Origin: Clostridiales bacterium
GTDB taxonomy: Bacteria; Bacillota; Clostridia; Christensenellales; UBA1242
Assembly: GCA_918262735.1 (NCBI GenBank)
Contig: CAKJYJ010000005.1
Coordinates: 139,538 to 203,537 of the forward strand
Reading direction: 5' to 3'
DNA length: 64,000 nt
How positions within the stretch are numbered: position 1 is the stretch's first letter; every line of letters starts with the position of its first letter. The notes beneath the pieces were generated by a model. It made no database searches, had not been told where the DNA came from, and saw only the letters and a list, made by a program, of their open reading frames with translations. Positions 9,244-18,348 of this stretch are shown here, piece by piece. The position numbers and the translations under genes were made by a program.

Positions 9244-10428
9244 TTAACCCTCCATTTCTTTAATAACCAATGTTTGTTTTTGCATTGATTTTCTGTCTGG
9301 TTTCACAATTTGAGGCTCTTGTTCCTCTCCATTTTTTTCTTTGTGCTCTTCAATAATTTTTAATGTGTTTTCTTTATTAATTTCTTCAACCTTTTGTCTG
9401 ATTAAGTCAATAATTGCTTCCCTGTTTAAAACGTTCTCTTCATTTAATTTTGCAATGTCTTCAATTATATCATAATCAAGTTCTAATGGTTTTGTTCTTC
9501 CAAAATTAATAAACTCTTGACATATCTTGTATTGAGGCTCACTTAAATAGTCATGGCCCCTAATGTTGTTTCTGTCTGGATTTGGAACAACAAACACCCT
9601 TATCATTCCGTTATTTGTGTTTGATGGGCTTGTGTTCCTGTTTGATGTTAATCTATTTGCAAAATCTCTATAGCCTCCAACTGAAACGAAATAGCATGGG
9701 TTTTTAACCATTCTTGTTCCGCCATTTGTGTTCAAAACTGCAGATTTTTTGATAAATAGTTTGTTGTAATGGCTAGTAAAGTAGAAATCTTTTCCGTTAA
9801 TTTTATTTTGTAGTCCCTCTGTTTTCTTTGTTATTGTTGTTAATGCATTGGCAACCAAGAAACCATGGTCAAAAAGCATATTAACAGCTTTGGGGTTATC
9901 GTTTGTATATTCATTTCTAAAAACAAAGTCAACCTCTGCCATTTGCCCACAATATCTGTCTGGTATTCCAAGTTTTTCCATCAACATTTTTGTTAAATCT
10001 TGGTGGTCTTTCTCAAATATTTGAATTTCATCAGTTCCTGCATACGCACCAATTATTTTATCTTTAATTGGCTCTAAAAGCTCTGCCATTAATTCAACTT
10101 GATTCTCATATGAAGGTTCATATAACTCTCTTGCAATTTTTCCACCACCTGGGTAGTAGAATAAATCTCCACCCAAGAAAACTCTAGCATTTGGATTTTT
10201 TGCAAGTTCCGCAATGTGTGCCTTGAATTTGTTAATTCTAAAAGGTTTATCATTTTTTGCAGTTGGATTATGAGCACCAGTTAAACCTATTTGAACATTT
10301 GAAAGGACACATATATCTATATACTTTACATTCTTTCCTAAATTGACTGTTATGTGTTTTTGTCTTGGAAGTTTTAGTTCATTATTTCCACTGTTTTTTA
10401 TTTGCTCTTGAAGTTCGTTAAGATCCAT
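9244..10428 (-). CDS. Metallophosphoesterase-like protein with degenerate metal-binding motifs (probably inactive paralog)
   Basis: Same motif order as the upstream gene but substituted. SNVQIG replaces DxH. GGDLFY is retained. GTDE replaces GNHE. FDHG is retained. TSHYNK replaces GHTH. Coiled K/E-rich C-terminus. Only a 1-nt gap to the upstream gene. Confidence 0.6.
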   Translation of the reverse strand: MDLNELQEQIKNSGNNELKLPRQKHITVNLGKNVKYIDICVLSNVQIGLTGAHNPTAKNDKPFRINKFKAHIAELAKNPNARVFLGGDLFYYPGGGKIARELYEPSYENQVELMAELLEPIKDKIIGAYAGTDEIQIFEKDHQDLTKMLMEKLGIPDRYCGQMAEVDFVFRNEYTNDNPKAVNMLFDHGFLVANALTTITKKTEGLQNKINGKDFYFTSHYNKLFIKKSAVLNTNGGTRMVKNPCYFVSVGGYRDFANRLTSNRNTSPSNTNNGMIRVFVVPNPDRNNIRGHDYLSEPQYKICQEFINFGRTKPLELDYDIIEDIAKLNEENVLNREAIIDLIRQKVEEINKENTLKIIEEHKEKNGEEQEPQIVKPDRKSMQKQTLVIKEMEG

Positions 10429-10429
10429 A

Positions 10430-11545
10430 TTATTCCTCCCTTCCTTCAGCTTGCACCTTTGGTGCTCTTTTTTTACGTGGTTTTACAGTTATTCTGTTTG
10501 CAAATTCATTAACAGCTTTTTCTATTCTTTTGTCAGGTATCTTGTAGTGCTTAAAGTTTTTTTCGCCAAGTTGAACAAGCTCTGGCCTATCTAAACTAAT
10601 TGTGTCAACAACAAATGTGTATGGCAAAACTTCATAACCATCATTTAAGTATGAATCTAATGCGTCATAGTTTGTTACCGTGTGAAGACAATAGAAACTG
10701 TTATCGGTGTTTGGTGGTGGGTATGCCGCTTCCATTGCATATTGGCTTGCCTCCTCAAATGCTGGAACATTAATAACTGAAACAGACTTTTTAATTGTTG
10801 AATATTTTCCATTTTGAACAATTTGGTCATCAACAGACATTAAGTTCTTGTGGGTGTGACCTTGGAATAATAAATCATAATTTCCAAAAGACTTAACCAT
10901 GTTGTACATTTTTTCAAGTATTGCGCCATCTCTTCCAGACATACCACTTCCGTGTCTAACCAAAATTCTACAATTTGCCGTTCCACTAGTCGTGTATGGA
11001 CATTTTACTTTTAATACGATTTGTGCCATATATCTGGTATATTTATCCAAAATTCCAAGTGATGCCATTGGAGTTACCAACGAATCAAGACCACTATCCT
11101 TGGCTCTTGCACCACTTTCGTGGTTACCACTTGTTGAACATATTATTTTATCTTTAATAATTGGGTCACTTAAAAGTGTGTGAATGATTTTTTGCTCATT
11201 CATTGGAGATAAGTCATTTTCCAAAGGATTAGACTTACCCAAGTTGTTTGCATTATTCATCAAGTCACCATTCAAAATTATGTATGCATTAGGAATGTGT
11301 TTAACTTGTTTTAATGCACGTATGATCTTATCTATATTGCATCCTGGAGAGCCAATATGAAGATCATTTAATACAAGCAAAATAACATCATCAAATTGTG
11401 AAGCATCAACAGGAATTGTTTTGATTGGGCTAAAATCGTCGGCAGCAATTTGTTCTTTGAAACTTTCAACCCTTTTGTCAACTTCCGCAATTGTAAGAAT
11501 ATCGTTTTGTTGTTTCAATTTTGTGTACTTTGGGTTATTTGCCAT
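10430..11545 (-). CDS. Calcineurin-like metallophosphoesterase (complete motif set), subfamily unknown
   Basis: LNDLHIG (DxH), LNGDLMNN (GD), SGNHES (GNHE), VRHGSG (H) and QGHTHK (GHxH), in canonical order. Confidence 0.8.
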   Translation of the reverse strand: MANNPKYTKLKQQNDILTIAEVDKRVESFKEQIAADDFSPIKTIPVDASQFDDVILLVLNDLHIGSPGCNIDKIIRALKQVKHIPNAYIILNGDLMNNANNLGKSNPLENDLSPMNEQKIIHTLLSDPIIKDKIICSTSGNHESGARAKDSGLDSLVTPMASLGILDKYTRYMAQIVLKVKCPYTTSGTANCRILVRHGSGMSGRDGAILEKMYNMVKSFGNYDLLFQGHTHKNLMSVDDQIVQNGKYSTIKKSVSVINVPAFEEASQYAMEAAYPPPNTDNSFYCLHTVTNYDALDSYLNDGYEVLPYTFVVDTISLDRPELVQLGEKNFKHYKIPDKRIEKAVNEFANRITVKPRKKRAPKVQAEGREE

Positions 11546-11565
11546 TTATGCACCTCTCTGTCTGC

Positions 11566-11594
11566 ATTGTACCACACAATGCATAACTTGTCAA
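11566..11594 (-). promoter_or_regulatory. Strong sigma-70-type promoter of the three-gene operon
   Basis: Minus strand reads TTGACA (11594-11589), a 17-nt spacer ending in TGTGG, then TACAAT (11571-11566). It lies about 20 nt upstream of an AGAGAGG RBS. Confidence 0.7.
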
Positions 11595-11698
11595 TATCTG
11601 TTGGGTGTTAAATTAAAAAAAAGTGTCTATGTCAAATTCAAATTTATGTATTACACCCATAAAAAATACTATTAATTGCCGTATAATCCTTATCATTT

Positions 11699-11732
11699 AT
11701 AAAAAAATGCAAGAAAACATAGATTTTCTTAC
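11699..11732 (-). terminator. Rho-independent terminator of lysS
   Basis: Minus strand reads GUAAGAAAA / UUUUCUUGC (9 bp including one G-U pair) with loop UCUAUG, followed by a T-run. It starts 15 nt after the lysS stop. Confidence 0.7.
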
Positions 11733-11746
11733 ATTTTTATTAACTG

Positions 11747-13222
11747 TTATTTCATTAATGGAAACAAAACAACGTCTCTAACAGATGGTTGATTGTATAT
11801 TAACATCAAAAGCCTATCTAACCCACATCCAAGGCCAGAGATTGGAGGCATTCCGTGTTCCATTGAAAGCATAAATCCCTCATCTAAATCCATTGTTTCG
11901 TCATCGCCTTGACTTTTTGCTATTAATTGGTCTTCAAATGCTTTACGTTGAACAATTGGGTCAACAAGCTCTGAATATGCCTTGCACACTTCGGTTCCCA
12001 TAACAACAACCTGGAAAACGTCAATTATTCTCTTGTCAGCATCATTTCTTCTAGCAAGAGGAATTAAAACTGCTGGATAGTTGTATAAAATGGTTGGCTG
12101 AACAATTTTTTCTCTAATTGTTTTTTTATAAACAAAATCTATTATTTGGCTTAAAGATTTGTAGTCATCAATTTCCGCTCTGGTAAATAATCCACCATCG
12201 ATAATTTTTTGTTTTAACGCTTCTGGATCATTATATTCAAGAAAATCAAAACCCAAAATTTCTTTCATTCTTTCGGCGTAGTTTAATCTTTCAAATTCTT
12301 TTCCAAAATCAAGAAGTTGCCCATCTTTTTCTATTGTTGTTTTACCGGTTAGTTCTAAAAGAAGACCTCTGATAAATTTTTGGAAGAAAACAATATTATC
12401 TTCAAAATTCCAATAAGAAGCATACCACTCAACCTGTGTAAATTCTTGAAGATGCTGGGTATCCATACCCTCATTTCTAAAACATTTTGCAACTTCAAAT
12501 ACCCTATCAAAACCTGCACATATGCACTGTTTTAGATATGTTTCTGGTGCTATTCTTAAATTAAAGTCTTTATCTAGTGCGTTATGGTGAGTAAAAAATG
12601 GCTTTGCACTTGCTCCACAAACAGCACTTTGAATGATTGGCGTTTCAACCTCCATAAAACCATTGTCACCCAAAAATTTACGAATATATGAAAGCAATTT
12701 GCTCCTTCCAATAAACACTTCTCTTGATTCTTCATTTGAAATTAAATCCAAATATCTTTGACGATATTTTGCTTCTAAATCGGTCAATCCATGGAACTTT
12801 TCTGGAAGTGGTCTCATTGCCTTAGATAAAAGCACCACTTTGTATGCCCTCACGGTAACCTCTCCTGTTTGTGTTTTGTATAGCTCACCCTCAACACCAA
12901 CAAAGTCGCCTATATCAATCATTTTTTTGTAGAATTCATATGCTTCTGCATCAAGTTCATTAACACCAACAGAAACTTGAATTTTTGCAATTAAATCTCT
13001 AATTTGCATAAATCCAAATTTACCCATAATCCTTCTAAAAACCATTCTTCCGGCAACCTTAACTTTTGTTCCTTCTGGAAGTTCTCTTGCATCACAAATG
13101 GTGTGAGTTCTTTCAAATTTTTCCTTATATACAATTTCACCTTGGTTTTCAAGATTTAATATTTTTTGCTTTCTAATATCAACCTCATTAGAAAGCCCTT
13201 GTAAGTTATTATTATTTTCCAT
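11747..13222 (-). CDS. lysS: Lysine--tRNA ligase, class II
   Basis: Start re-set to MENNNNLQG (ATG 13220-13222 behind GGAG). It has an OB-fold N-terminal region, the class II core motif FRNEG, and a C-terminal GxGxGxDR-like GCGLDRLLM. Confidence 0.95.
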   Translation of the reverse strand: MENNNNLQGLSNEVDIRKQKILNLENQGEIVYKEKFERTHTICDARELPEGTKVKVAGRMVFRRIMGKFGFMQIRDLIAKIQVSVGVNELDAEAYEFYKKMIDIGDFVGVEGELYKTQTGEVTVRAYKVVLLSKAMRPLPEKFHGLTDLEAKYRQRYLDLISNEESREVFIGRSKLLSYIRKFLGDNGFMEVETPIIQSAVCGASAKPFFTHHNALDKDFNLRIAPETYLKQCICAGFDRVFEVAKCFRNEGMDTQHLQEFTQVEWYASYWNFEDNIVFFQKFIRGLLLELTGKTTIEKDGQLLDFGKEFERLNYAERMKEILGFDFLEYNDPEALKQKIIDGGLFTRAEIDDYKSLSQIIDFVYKKTIREKIVQPTILYNYPAVLIPLARRNDADKRIIDVFQVVVMGTEVCKAYSELVDPIVQRKAFEDQLIAKSQGDDETMDLDEGFMLSMEHGMPPISGLGCGLDRLLMLIYNQPSVRDVVLFPLMK

Positions 13223-13233
13223 ATTTTTCTCCG

Positions 13234-14355
13234 TTATTTTAGTTTTTTTACCCAACATCTACGACGCCTTACGACATCAAATTTGAAATAGTCCCATGTT
13301 TGAGCAATTTTATAGTTGTCTTCCAAGCAAAGATTTGTTTCACAATATTCCACAAGTTTGCCCATATTTTGTTGCATCATTTCAAGAGCAAGAGAAATGA
13401 CGCCTTTGTTTTGATAATCTGGTCTAACTCCAACAATCGCAAAATCAACAACCCTTGGATGTTTAAGTGCGTGCAATAATCTAAATATTGCTGGAATTGT
13501 TAATCTTCCTTTAGACTTATACACAGCCTTGTTAAGTGCTGGCAGAGCAATTCCAAATGCGATTACCTTGTCTTCCTTATCAACAATAACAAAGCAGAAT
13601 TTTAAGTCAATAAAACTCTTAAACTGCTTAAATAATTGTTCTTTTAATTCTTCAGTGTATGGCACAACGCCATAAAGTGAGCCATAAGCCTCATCTAAAA
13701 CCTCAAAGATACCATCTTTATATTTTTTTAGAAACTTTGATTTTGATTTTTCATCAACAAGCCTAAGCCCATATCTTTTTGCAACCATTTCCGCAACACG
13801 TTTGACCTTTGGGTCAACCTCTGTTGGTGGATATATTTTTCGCTCCAACCAGTCGCAATCTTTTTCATATCCACAGGCTTCCATTAAATCTTTATAATAA
13901 GGGTAATTATACCATTCTTCAAAGGTGCTCATTGAATCAAAACCATCAATTAACATTCCCTCGCGATCTAAATCACTGTACCCCAGAGGACCGTGAACTA
14001 TGTCCATGCCTTTTGCTTTTGCCCAGTTTTCAACAGCAGATAAAAGGGCTTTTGCAACCTCTTTGTCGTTTATACTATCAAACCTAGAAAATCTAACCCT
14101 GTTTTCTTTTACCTTTTCGTTATATTGCTTTTGAATTATTGCCTGAACCCTTCCGACAACCTCACCATCTTTATAAGCAAGGTATGTTGCCACCTCGCAG
14201 TATTTTAATGAAAGATTCTTTTTTGGATTAAAGTTTCCCATTTCATCACTTCTAAGTGGATATGAAAAAAATTCACAATCTTTATATAACTTATTTGGAA
14301 AATCAACAAATGTTTTTATATCTTTTTTAGTTTTTACTTCTCGTATCTCTATCAT
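13234..14355 (-). CDS. GNAT-fold acyltransferase-like protein (two-lobed, 373 aa), substrate unknown
   Basis: C-terminal lobe VVDFAIVGVRPDYQNKGVISLALEMMQ is the acetyl-CoA-binding-type GNAT motif. The N-terminal lobe is of similar size. Only 11 nt separate it from lysS. Confidence 0.65.
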   Translation of the reverse strand: MIEIREVKTKKDIKTFVDFPNKLYKDCEFFSYPLRSDEMGNFNPKKNLSLKYCEVATYLAYKDGEVVGRVQAIIQKQYNEKVKENRVRFSRFDSINDKEVAKALLSAVENWAKAKGMDIVHGPLGYSDLDREGMLIDGFDSMSTFEEWYNYPYYKDLMEACGYEKDCDWLERKIYPPTEVDPKVKRVAEMVAKRYGLRLVDEKSKSKFLKKYKDGIFEVLDEAYGSLYGVVPYTEELKEQLFKQFKSFIDLKFCFVIVDKEDKVIAFGIALPALNKAVYKSKGRLTIPAIFRLLHALKHPRVVDFAIVGVRPDYQNKGVISLALEMMQQNMGKLVEYCETNLCLEDNYKIAQTWDYFKFDVVRRRRCWVKKLK

Positions 14356-14375
14356 ATTTTTTCCTTAATGGAAGA

Positions 14376-14404
14376 ATTATACTATATTTTTTTTACTTTA
14401 TCAA
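14376..14404 (-). promoter_or_regulatory. Sigma-70-type promoter of the GNAT-lysS unit
   Basis: Minus strand reads TTGATA (14404-14399), a 17-nt spacer, then TATAAT (14381-14376). Confidence 0.6.
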
Positions 14405-14437
14405 CAATTTTAACACTATTTAATTATTTTATAAACC

Positions 14438-14698
14438 CTAATCAATATCTATTTTTTGGCCAACAAAAATGTTATTACTCTTGAGTTTTTTTATTAAATT
14501 TTCTTCACTTATATTAAGTTTGTTGGCAATTTTAGAAATTGTGTCTAATGGTTTAACTATGTAACAGCTTGCGTTTTCCAAACTCCCGTATAGGTTTGTG
14601 CCAATACCATAATCTTTGCTATATTTATTTTTAATATATGAAATATCACTCTCATCCTCTATTGAAATTACAATTGGTTTTATGTCTGTTAAAATCAT
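14438..14698 (-). CDS. Small LysM-domain protein with no signal peptide
   Basis: C-terminal YIVKPLDTISKIANKLNISEENLIKKLKSNNIFVGQKIDI fits the LysM pattern. Confidence 0.7.
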   Translation of the reverse strand: MILTDIKPIVISIEDESDISYIKNKYSKDYGIGTNLYGSLENASCYIVKPLDTISKIANKLNISEENLIKKLKSNNIFVGQKIDID

Positions 14699-14730
14699 AT
14701 TTTTTATAACCTCATCAATATATATATATT

Positions 14731-16275
14731 ATGAAATCTTTATTCAAAACCGTTTTCGTTATAATGATGTTTTCAATCATTACAAGGGTTGTTGGGTTTT
14801 TGTTCAGAATCTACATATCAAGAACAATTGGCTCACAATCACTTGGAGAATACCAAGTAAGTTTTTCAATTTTTATGGTGCTTTTAACTATTATATCTAG
14901 CGGACTTCCATTTATTATTAGTAGACTCACCGCAAAATACGAAGTTGGTAATAATAAACAACAAGAGCACAAAATGGTTACTGCCGGATTAATTATTGGT
15001 GTTGTTTTAAGTTTAATCCTGTGTGCACTAGTTGTTATTTTCATTCCCGCTTTTAAACATATTTTTGCAGATGAGAGATGCATAACTATTTTGTTAATTC
15101 TTTTACCCGCCCTTGTTTTTTCATCAGTTTATAGCACTCTTCGTGGAAATATTTGGGGTAAAAGGCAATACTTCGCTTTATGTATAACCGAACTCTTTGA
15201 ACAAATCGCCCGTGTCATTATTTTTATTATTTTGATACAAGGAGCAATGGCAACAAAAGATGGAGCATATGTTTCGGCCATTTCCCTTTCTGTAGCATGC
15301 TCGCTATCTGCAATTATGGTTATTATTATTTATTTCGCGCTTGGAGGAAAACTAAAACGTAATAAAGACAAAACTTTTTATAGGTACCTAATAAAAAAAT
15401 CAACACCAATAACTGGTGTTAGGCTTGCAGGAAGCCTGGTTCAACCAATAATTGCTTTAGTAATACCTCTAAGGCTTGTTGCCAGCGGTTATTCTTCAGC
15501 CCAAGCTTTAAGTTTATATGGAATTGCAATGGGAATGACGCTTCCATTTTTATTCATACCTTCAACAATTATTGGCTCGCTATCAACAGCCCTCGTTCCA
15601 GACCTGTCAGCCGCATTTTCAATTAATGATATGGAGCATATCCGTTCAAGGGTTGTTTCTTCAATTAAATTTACTGTTTTTATTTCCGTTATTTTTATTC
15701 CAATTTTCCTTGGCGCAGGAACGCTGATTGGTAACTTCTTTTATAATAACAGCCAAAGCGGAATAATGCTTGAACAATCCGCTTGGGTTATTCTTCCGCT
15801 CGGATTAACAAATATTTCATCATCGCTGTTAAACTCATTAGGATACGAAATAAAATCAATGCGAAATTATATTCTTGGAGCAATAATAATGTTACTTTCA
15901 ATTTGGTTCTTACCACTAATTATTGGAATAAACGCACTGGTTTGGGGATTTGGAATATGTTTTGTTATAACAAGCATCTTAAACCTTAAAATGATTGGTA
16001 AAATTGTTGGTGGAAAAATAAATATATTAAAAACTATGTTTGTTCAATTGTTATTTGTAATTCCATCTGCAAGTATATGCGCTTTTGTTAGCGGAATTCT
16101 CGCAAACTTTTTACCATTGTTTTTTAATCTTGTGATTTCTTGTGGTGTGTGTGCTTTGTTTTATTTTTCACTTTGCATTGTGTTTAATCAGATTGAAATT
16201 AATTCAATTGTGATAAAAATTAAGAAAAAATTTTATATAAAACGTAAAAATAAACATAAAAAGCTTAATATTTGA
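14731..16275 (+). CDS. MOP-superfamily flippase (SpoVB/MurJ-type polysaccharide or lipid II flippase)
   Basis: 514 aa and highly hydrophobic, with roughly 14 predicted TM segments. The N-terminus FSIITRVVGFLFRIYISRTIGSQSLGEYQ is typical of SpoVB/MurJ-like proteins. Confidence 0.8.
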   Translation: MKSLFKTVFVIMMFSIITRVVGFLFRIYISRTIGSQSLGEYQVSFSIFMVLLTIISSGLPFIISRLTAKYEVGNNKQQEHKMVTAGLIIGVVLSLILCALVVIFIPAFKHIFADERCITILLILLPALVFSSVYSTLRGNIWGKRQYFALCITELFEQIARVIIFIILIQGAMATKDGAYVSAISLSVACSLSAIMVIIIYFALGGKLKRNKDKTFYRYLIKKSTPITGVRLAGSLVQPIIALVIPLRLVASGYSSAQALSLYGIAMGMTLPFLFIPSTIIGSLSTALVPDLSAAFSINDMEHIRSRVVSSIKFTVFISVIFIPIFLGAGTLIGNFFYNNSQSGIMLEQSAWVILPLGLTNISSSLLNSLGYEIKSMRNYILGAIIMLLSIWFLPLIIGINALVWGFGICFVITSILNLKMIGKIVGGKINILKTMFVQLLFVIPSASICAFVSGILANFLPLFFNLVISCGVCALFYFSLCIVFNQIEINSIVIKIKKKFYIKRKNKHKKLNI

Positions 16276-16310
16276 TTTTGAAATCAGATTTTTTGTCAAA
16301 AATATAAACC

Positions 16311-17009
16311 ATGATAACAATTATTTTAAGGGTTTTAATTATATATGTTTTGGTACTTTTTGTTTTTAGATTGATGGGTAAAAGACAACTTGGACAAATG
16401 CAACCATTTGAGTTTGTTTTAACTTTAATCATTGCAGACCTAGCAACAATTCCAATGGCGGAAATATCCGTTCCTCTACTTAACGGAATTATTCCTCTTT
16501 TAACTCTGGTCTTTTTCCATTTTGTTCTCACAACGCTAACAAGAAATAGTAATATGTTTAGCAAAATTATAAGCGGAACACCGGTTATTGTTATCAATCC
16601 CGATGGTATTGATTATGATGCAATAAAAAAACTAAATATTACAATTGATGATTTATTTGAAGCCATACGCAGTGCTGGGTATTTTAATATCTGTGATGTT
16701 CAGTATGCAATTATGGAAACAAATGGAAAAGTTAGTGTTATGCCAAAACCAGAAAGTTCACCAGTAACAAACTACGACCTAGATATTAAAAAAGAAAAAA
16801 CATCACTTCCCCTCACAATTATCTCTGAGGGTAAGTTTATGAAAGACAATTTAAGCCTCAGCTCAAAAGATAAAAATTTTTATACTAATCTATTAAAAAA
16901 ATATAAAATTTATTCAATAGACTCGATATTATTATTAACAATAACAAAGCCTGGCGAAGTGTTTTTACAACAAAAGAATAAACCTTGCAAAATAATTAAT
17001 TTGGAGTGA
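16311..17009 (+). CDS. DUF421 (YetF-like) membrane protein
   Basis: N-terminal TM region with MGKRQLGQMQPFEFVLTLIIADLA followed by a soluble C-terminal domain, the typical DUF421 layout. Confidence 0.8.
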   Translation: MITIILRVLIIYVLVLFVFRLMGKRQLGQMQPFEFVLTLIIADLATIPMAEISVPLLNGIIPLLTLVFFHFVLTTLTRNSNMFSKIISGTPVIVINPDGIDYDAIKKLNITIDDLFEAIRSAGYFNICDVQYAIMETNGKVSVMPKPESSPVTNYDLDIKKEKTSLPLTIISEGKFMKDNLSLSSKDKNFYTNLLKKYKIYSIDSILLLTITKPGEVFLQQKNKPCKIINLE

Positions 17010-17012
17010 TAT

Positions 17013-17402
17013 ATGAGAAGAGGAATCTGTATTACTTTTATTGTTGTTTTTCTTTTTGCCGTTTGCCTGCTTGAACAAATTTTGGTTAGTGGCACCTTGA
17101 CTGAACTAAAACAACAAAGTCAAGAGTTATATGAAATTACAATTAATTCAGAAAATGTTAACTCTCAGACAATATTTGAAAAAACGAGTAACTTGAAAAA
17201 CTTTTGGCAAGAGCGTGAAAATCTTTTATGTTTTTTTATAAACCATAAAGATATGCAAGAAATGGGAATTGAACTTACAAAAATGATTTCTTACTCAACC
17301 AGCAACACCAAAGAAGAATATATGAACTCGTTGGAGCTTGTTAAATACTATTGCACAACTTTTAACCATATTATGGGTTTAAGTCTTCAAAATTTAATAT
17401 AA
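17013..17402 (+). CDS. DUF4363-like small membrane-anchored protein
   Basis: Single N-terminal TM segment plus a helical domain. Its position directly after a DUF421 gene is a common Firmicutes pairing. Confidence 0.6.
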   Translation: MRRGICITFIVVFLFAVCLLEQILVSGTLTELKQQSQELYEITINSENVNSQTIFEKTSNLKNFWQERENLLCFFINHKDMQEMGIELTKMISYSTSNTKEEYMNSLELVKYYCTTFNHIMGLSLQNLI

Positions 17403-17443
17403 CTAAATATATCTCTCATATATGTCCGAATTTCAATAAAAAC

Positions 17444-17475
17444 GACCCAGTTTTGTGCTAGGTCATTTTTATTTA
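17444..17475 (+). terminator. Rho-independent terminator (usable from both directions)
   Basis: Stem GACCCAG / CTAGGTC (one mismatch) with loop TTTTGTG, then ATTTTTATTT. An A-run upstream lets it also serve the convergent minus-strand gene. Confidence 0.6.
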
Positions 17476-17513
17476 TATGTTTTATTTAACGTTTTTGTAC
17501 CACCATAAATTGT

Positions 17514-18176
17514 TTATATTTTTACTGTGTGTGTATAATTATATTCACCTATTGAGCCATACCCCCAGCCAGTACTTAAGCTTTCACTATCCACAGAATT
17601 ATTTAAAAACTCCTCATCTATTGTTTCATTTGTAAAAAATATACAAATACCCTCGGGGTTACCAAGGGACCAAGAATTTGTTCCACCATATCTGTACACA
17701 CAATACCCCTGGTATGAATAAACGTTTTGGGTAACAGTTCCATCATCTGCAACTTCAGCATAAAAACCACCAACCAATCCATTTAATTTATAGATTGCAA
17801 ATGATTGACTTTTTGAAACACTGGCCAGCCTTGCATTGGTTTTATATACTTTATATTTCTGTTCAAATTTACCAACAAATTCCCAAGTGCCTTCCACTCT
17901 GCCAAAATTTACATCGGTGAATGCCCTATTGTTTACAGAATATTTATGCTGAGTAAATTCAAAATAATAACTGCCATCTTTTTTAATCCCAAAATCAAAA
18001 CTTTCCCAATCTGAAGTCGTTAAAGGACTGTACTCCACATATGGACTATTTTTAAATATTAATTTACATGGATCAGTTGAACCACAGGACTTAAAACACA
18101 ATAAGCAAATAATTATGCAAATAATAGAAACAATAGCATATTCTATACATTTTTTTTTAATACTTTTATTTTTCAT
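17514..18176 (-). CDS. Membrane-anchored or lipoprotein-like protein of unknown function
   Basis: N-terminal hydrophobic segment AIVSIICIIICLLCFKSCGS followed by a beta-rich Y/G/W-rich domain. I recognise no family signature. Confidence 0.55.
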   Translation of the reverse strand: MKNKSIKKKCIEYAIVSIICIIICLLCFKSCGSTDPCKLIFKNSPYVEYSPLTTSDWESFDFGIKKDGSYYFEFTQHKYSVNNRAFTDVNFGRVEGTWEFVGKFEQKYKVYKTNARLASVSKSQSFAIYKLNGLVGGFYAEVADDGTVTQNVYSYQGYCVYRYGGTNSWSLGNPEGICIFFTNETIDEEFLNNSVDSESLSTGWGYGSIGEYNYTHTVKI

Positions 18177-18251
18177 AGTTTACACCCAACCCTTTTTCTA
18201 TATTATAACATAATATTATTCGTTCTGTATTAAAAAATATAAGATTTATTG

Positions 18252-18292
18252 AAATAAATAAAAAACGCTTCAACCATTCAGGCTAAAGCGTT
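18252..18292 (-). terminator. Rho-independent terminator of the 611-aa gene
   Basis: Stem AACGCTT / AAGCGTT (7 bp, 18264-18270 / 18286-18292), followed on the minus strand by TTTTTATTTATTT. Confidence 0.6.
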
Positions 18293-18348
18293 CAATTATT
18301 CAACTAATTTCAATAATAAGTGACAAACTGTGAATATGTTTTATTAAA

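Noticed and set aside
13223-13258. ORF-track start of lysS overlapping the GNAT gene by 25 nt.
   Set aside because: The internal ATG at 13222 follows a GGAG RBS placed right after the GNAT stop. The extension (MLGKKTKITEKN) has no counterpart in LysRS N-termini that I know of.
16265-16597. Minus-strand 110-aa ORF overlapping the start of the DUF421 gene.
   Set aside because: It lies fully antisense to a well-supported plus-strand gene. Its hydrophobic low-complexity translation is typical of the reverse frame of a membrane protein gene.
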